64,000 bases of DNA. Source: a virus. The translations under genes and the position numbers were made by a program. The notes under the pieces were generated by a model that was not told where the DNA came from, did no database searches, and was given only the letters and a program-made list of their open reading frames with translations. The stretch spans positions 1-64,000 of IMG/VR virus record IMGVR_UViG_3300047095_000666; one strand, given 5' to 3'. Positions 63,742-64,000 of the stretch are shown piece by piece (positions within the stretch are counted from its first letter, which is position 1; each line of letters starts with the position of its first letter).

Positions 63742-64000
63742 CACTTCCCGATGAAGTTTCTGAGCGATCCACGGAACTCGTACTTCAAGAATCGGTTGCG
63801 CTTGTAGTCGTCGGGAGAGGGGATGAACCCTCTCTTGAAGAGATTTACGTTTGCGAAACTGAAGATCTCGGAGACGAACGTACTGCAGATGTACTCTTTT
63901 TCAGAGTCCTCGTCGTTCGAGAAGACTTTCGTGTTGAAGAGACGGTTCATCGTCACTCGCAAGAGCGTGAGCTTCGAGTAAACGAAAGAGCTCTTGTGCT
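63741..64000 (-). CDS. C-terminal part of a permuted NlpC/P60-like protein, truncated by the window end
   Basis: EYICSTFVSEIF ... IPSPDD. Confidence 0.45.
   Translation of the reverse strand, partial: HKSSFVYSKLTLLRVTMNRLFNTKVFSNDEDSEKEYICSTFVSEIFSFANVNLFKRGFIPSPDDYKRNRFLKYEFRGSLRNFIGK

Noticed and set aside
1-64000. Stop-codon reassignment
   Set aside because: Conserved genes are full length in the standard code, and TAA, TAG and TGA all terminate genes.
1-64000. tRNA or rRNA genes
   Set aside because: No cloverleaf or T-loop signature was found by eye in the intergenic gaps; tRNAscan was not run.
1-64000. Avoidance of CCWGG restriction or methylation sites
   Set aside because: CCAAG looks frequent, but CCAGG and CCTGG do occur (for example at 1083, 2001 and 3401). 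The claim would need a k-mer count that I could not run.

Overview
This 64 kb window is from a GC-rich jumbo myophage, with no tRNA, CRISPR or host housekeeping operon visible. It encodes a multisubunit RNA polymerase beta'-like subunit (Zn finger, NRNPT, ADYDGD), GyrA, GyrB, an NAD-dependent ligase, a Dda/RecD-like helicase, a neck protein, a gp5-like spike and a block of tail-fibre genes. Two promoter classes recur. An early-type (G/A)ATATAT(T/A/G)(A/C)T motif precedes accessory and replication genes, and AAC(A/T)-N6-TA precedes structural and late genes; the latter matches the late-promoter consensus of AR9/PBS1-type phages. Accessory genes include a ter cluster (terC, two terD, telA), an HD alarmone-hydrolase-like protein, a macrodomain, a NADAR-like protein, a Nudix hydrolase, a MoxR-vWA/metallopeptidase module, an acyl-carrier-protein fusion and a CheW-like protein. 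The most notable unexplained element is a candidate ~200-nt late non-coding RNA (17678-17882) with its own late promoter and terminator. It has a rod-like fold and two pyrimidine loops complementary to the two Shine-Dalgarno variants this phage uses. A second structured RNA or leader with a uORF lies upstream of gyrA. All calls come from reading motifs by eye; no searches or folding programs were run.
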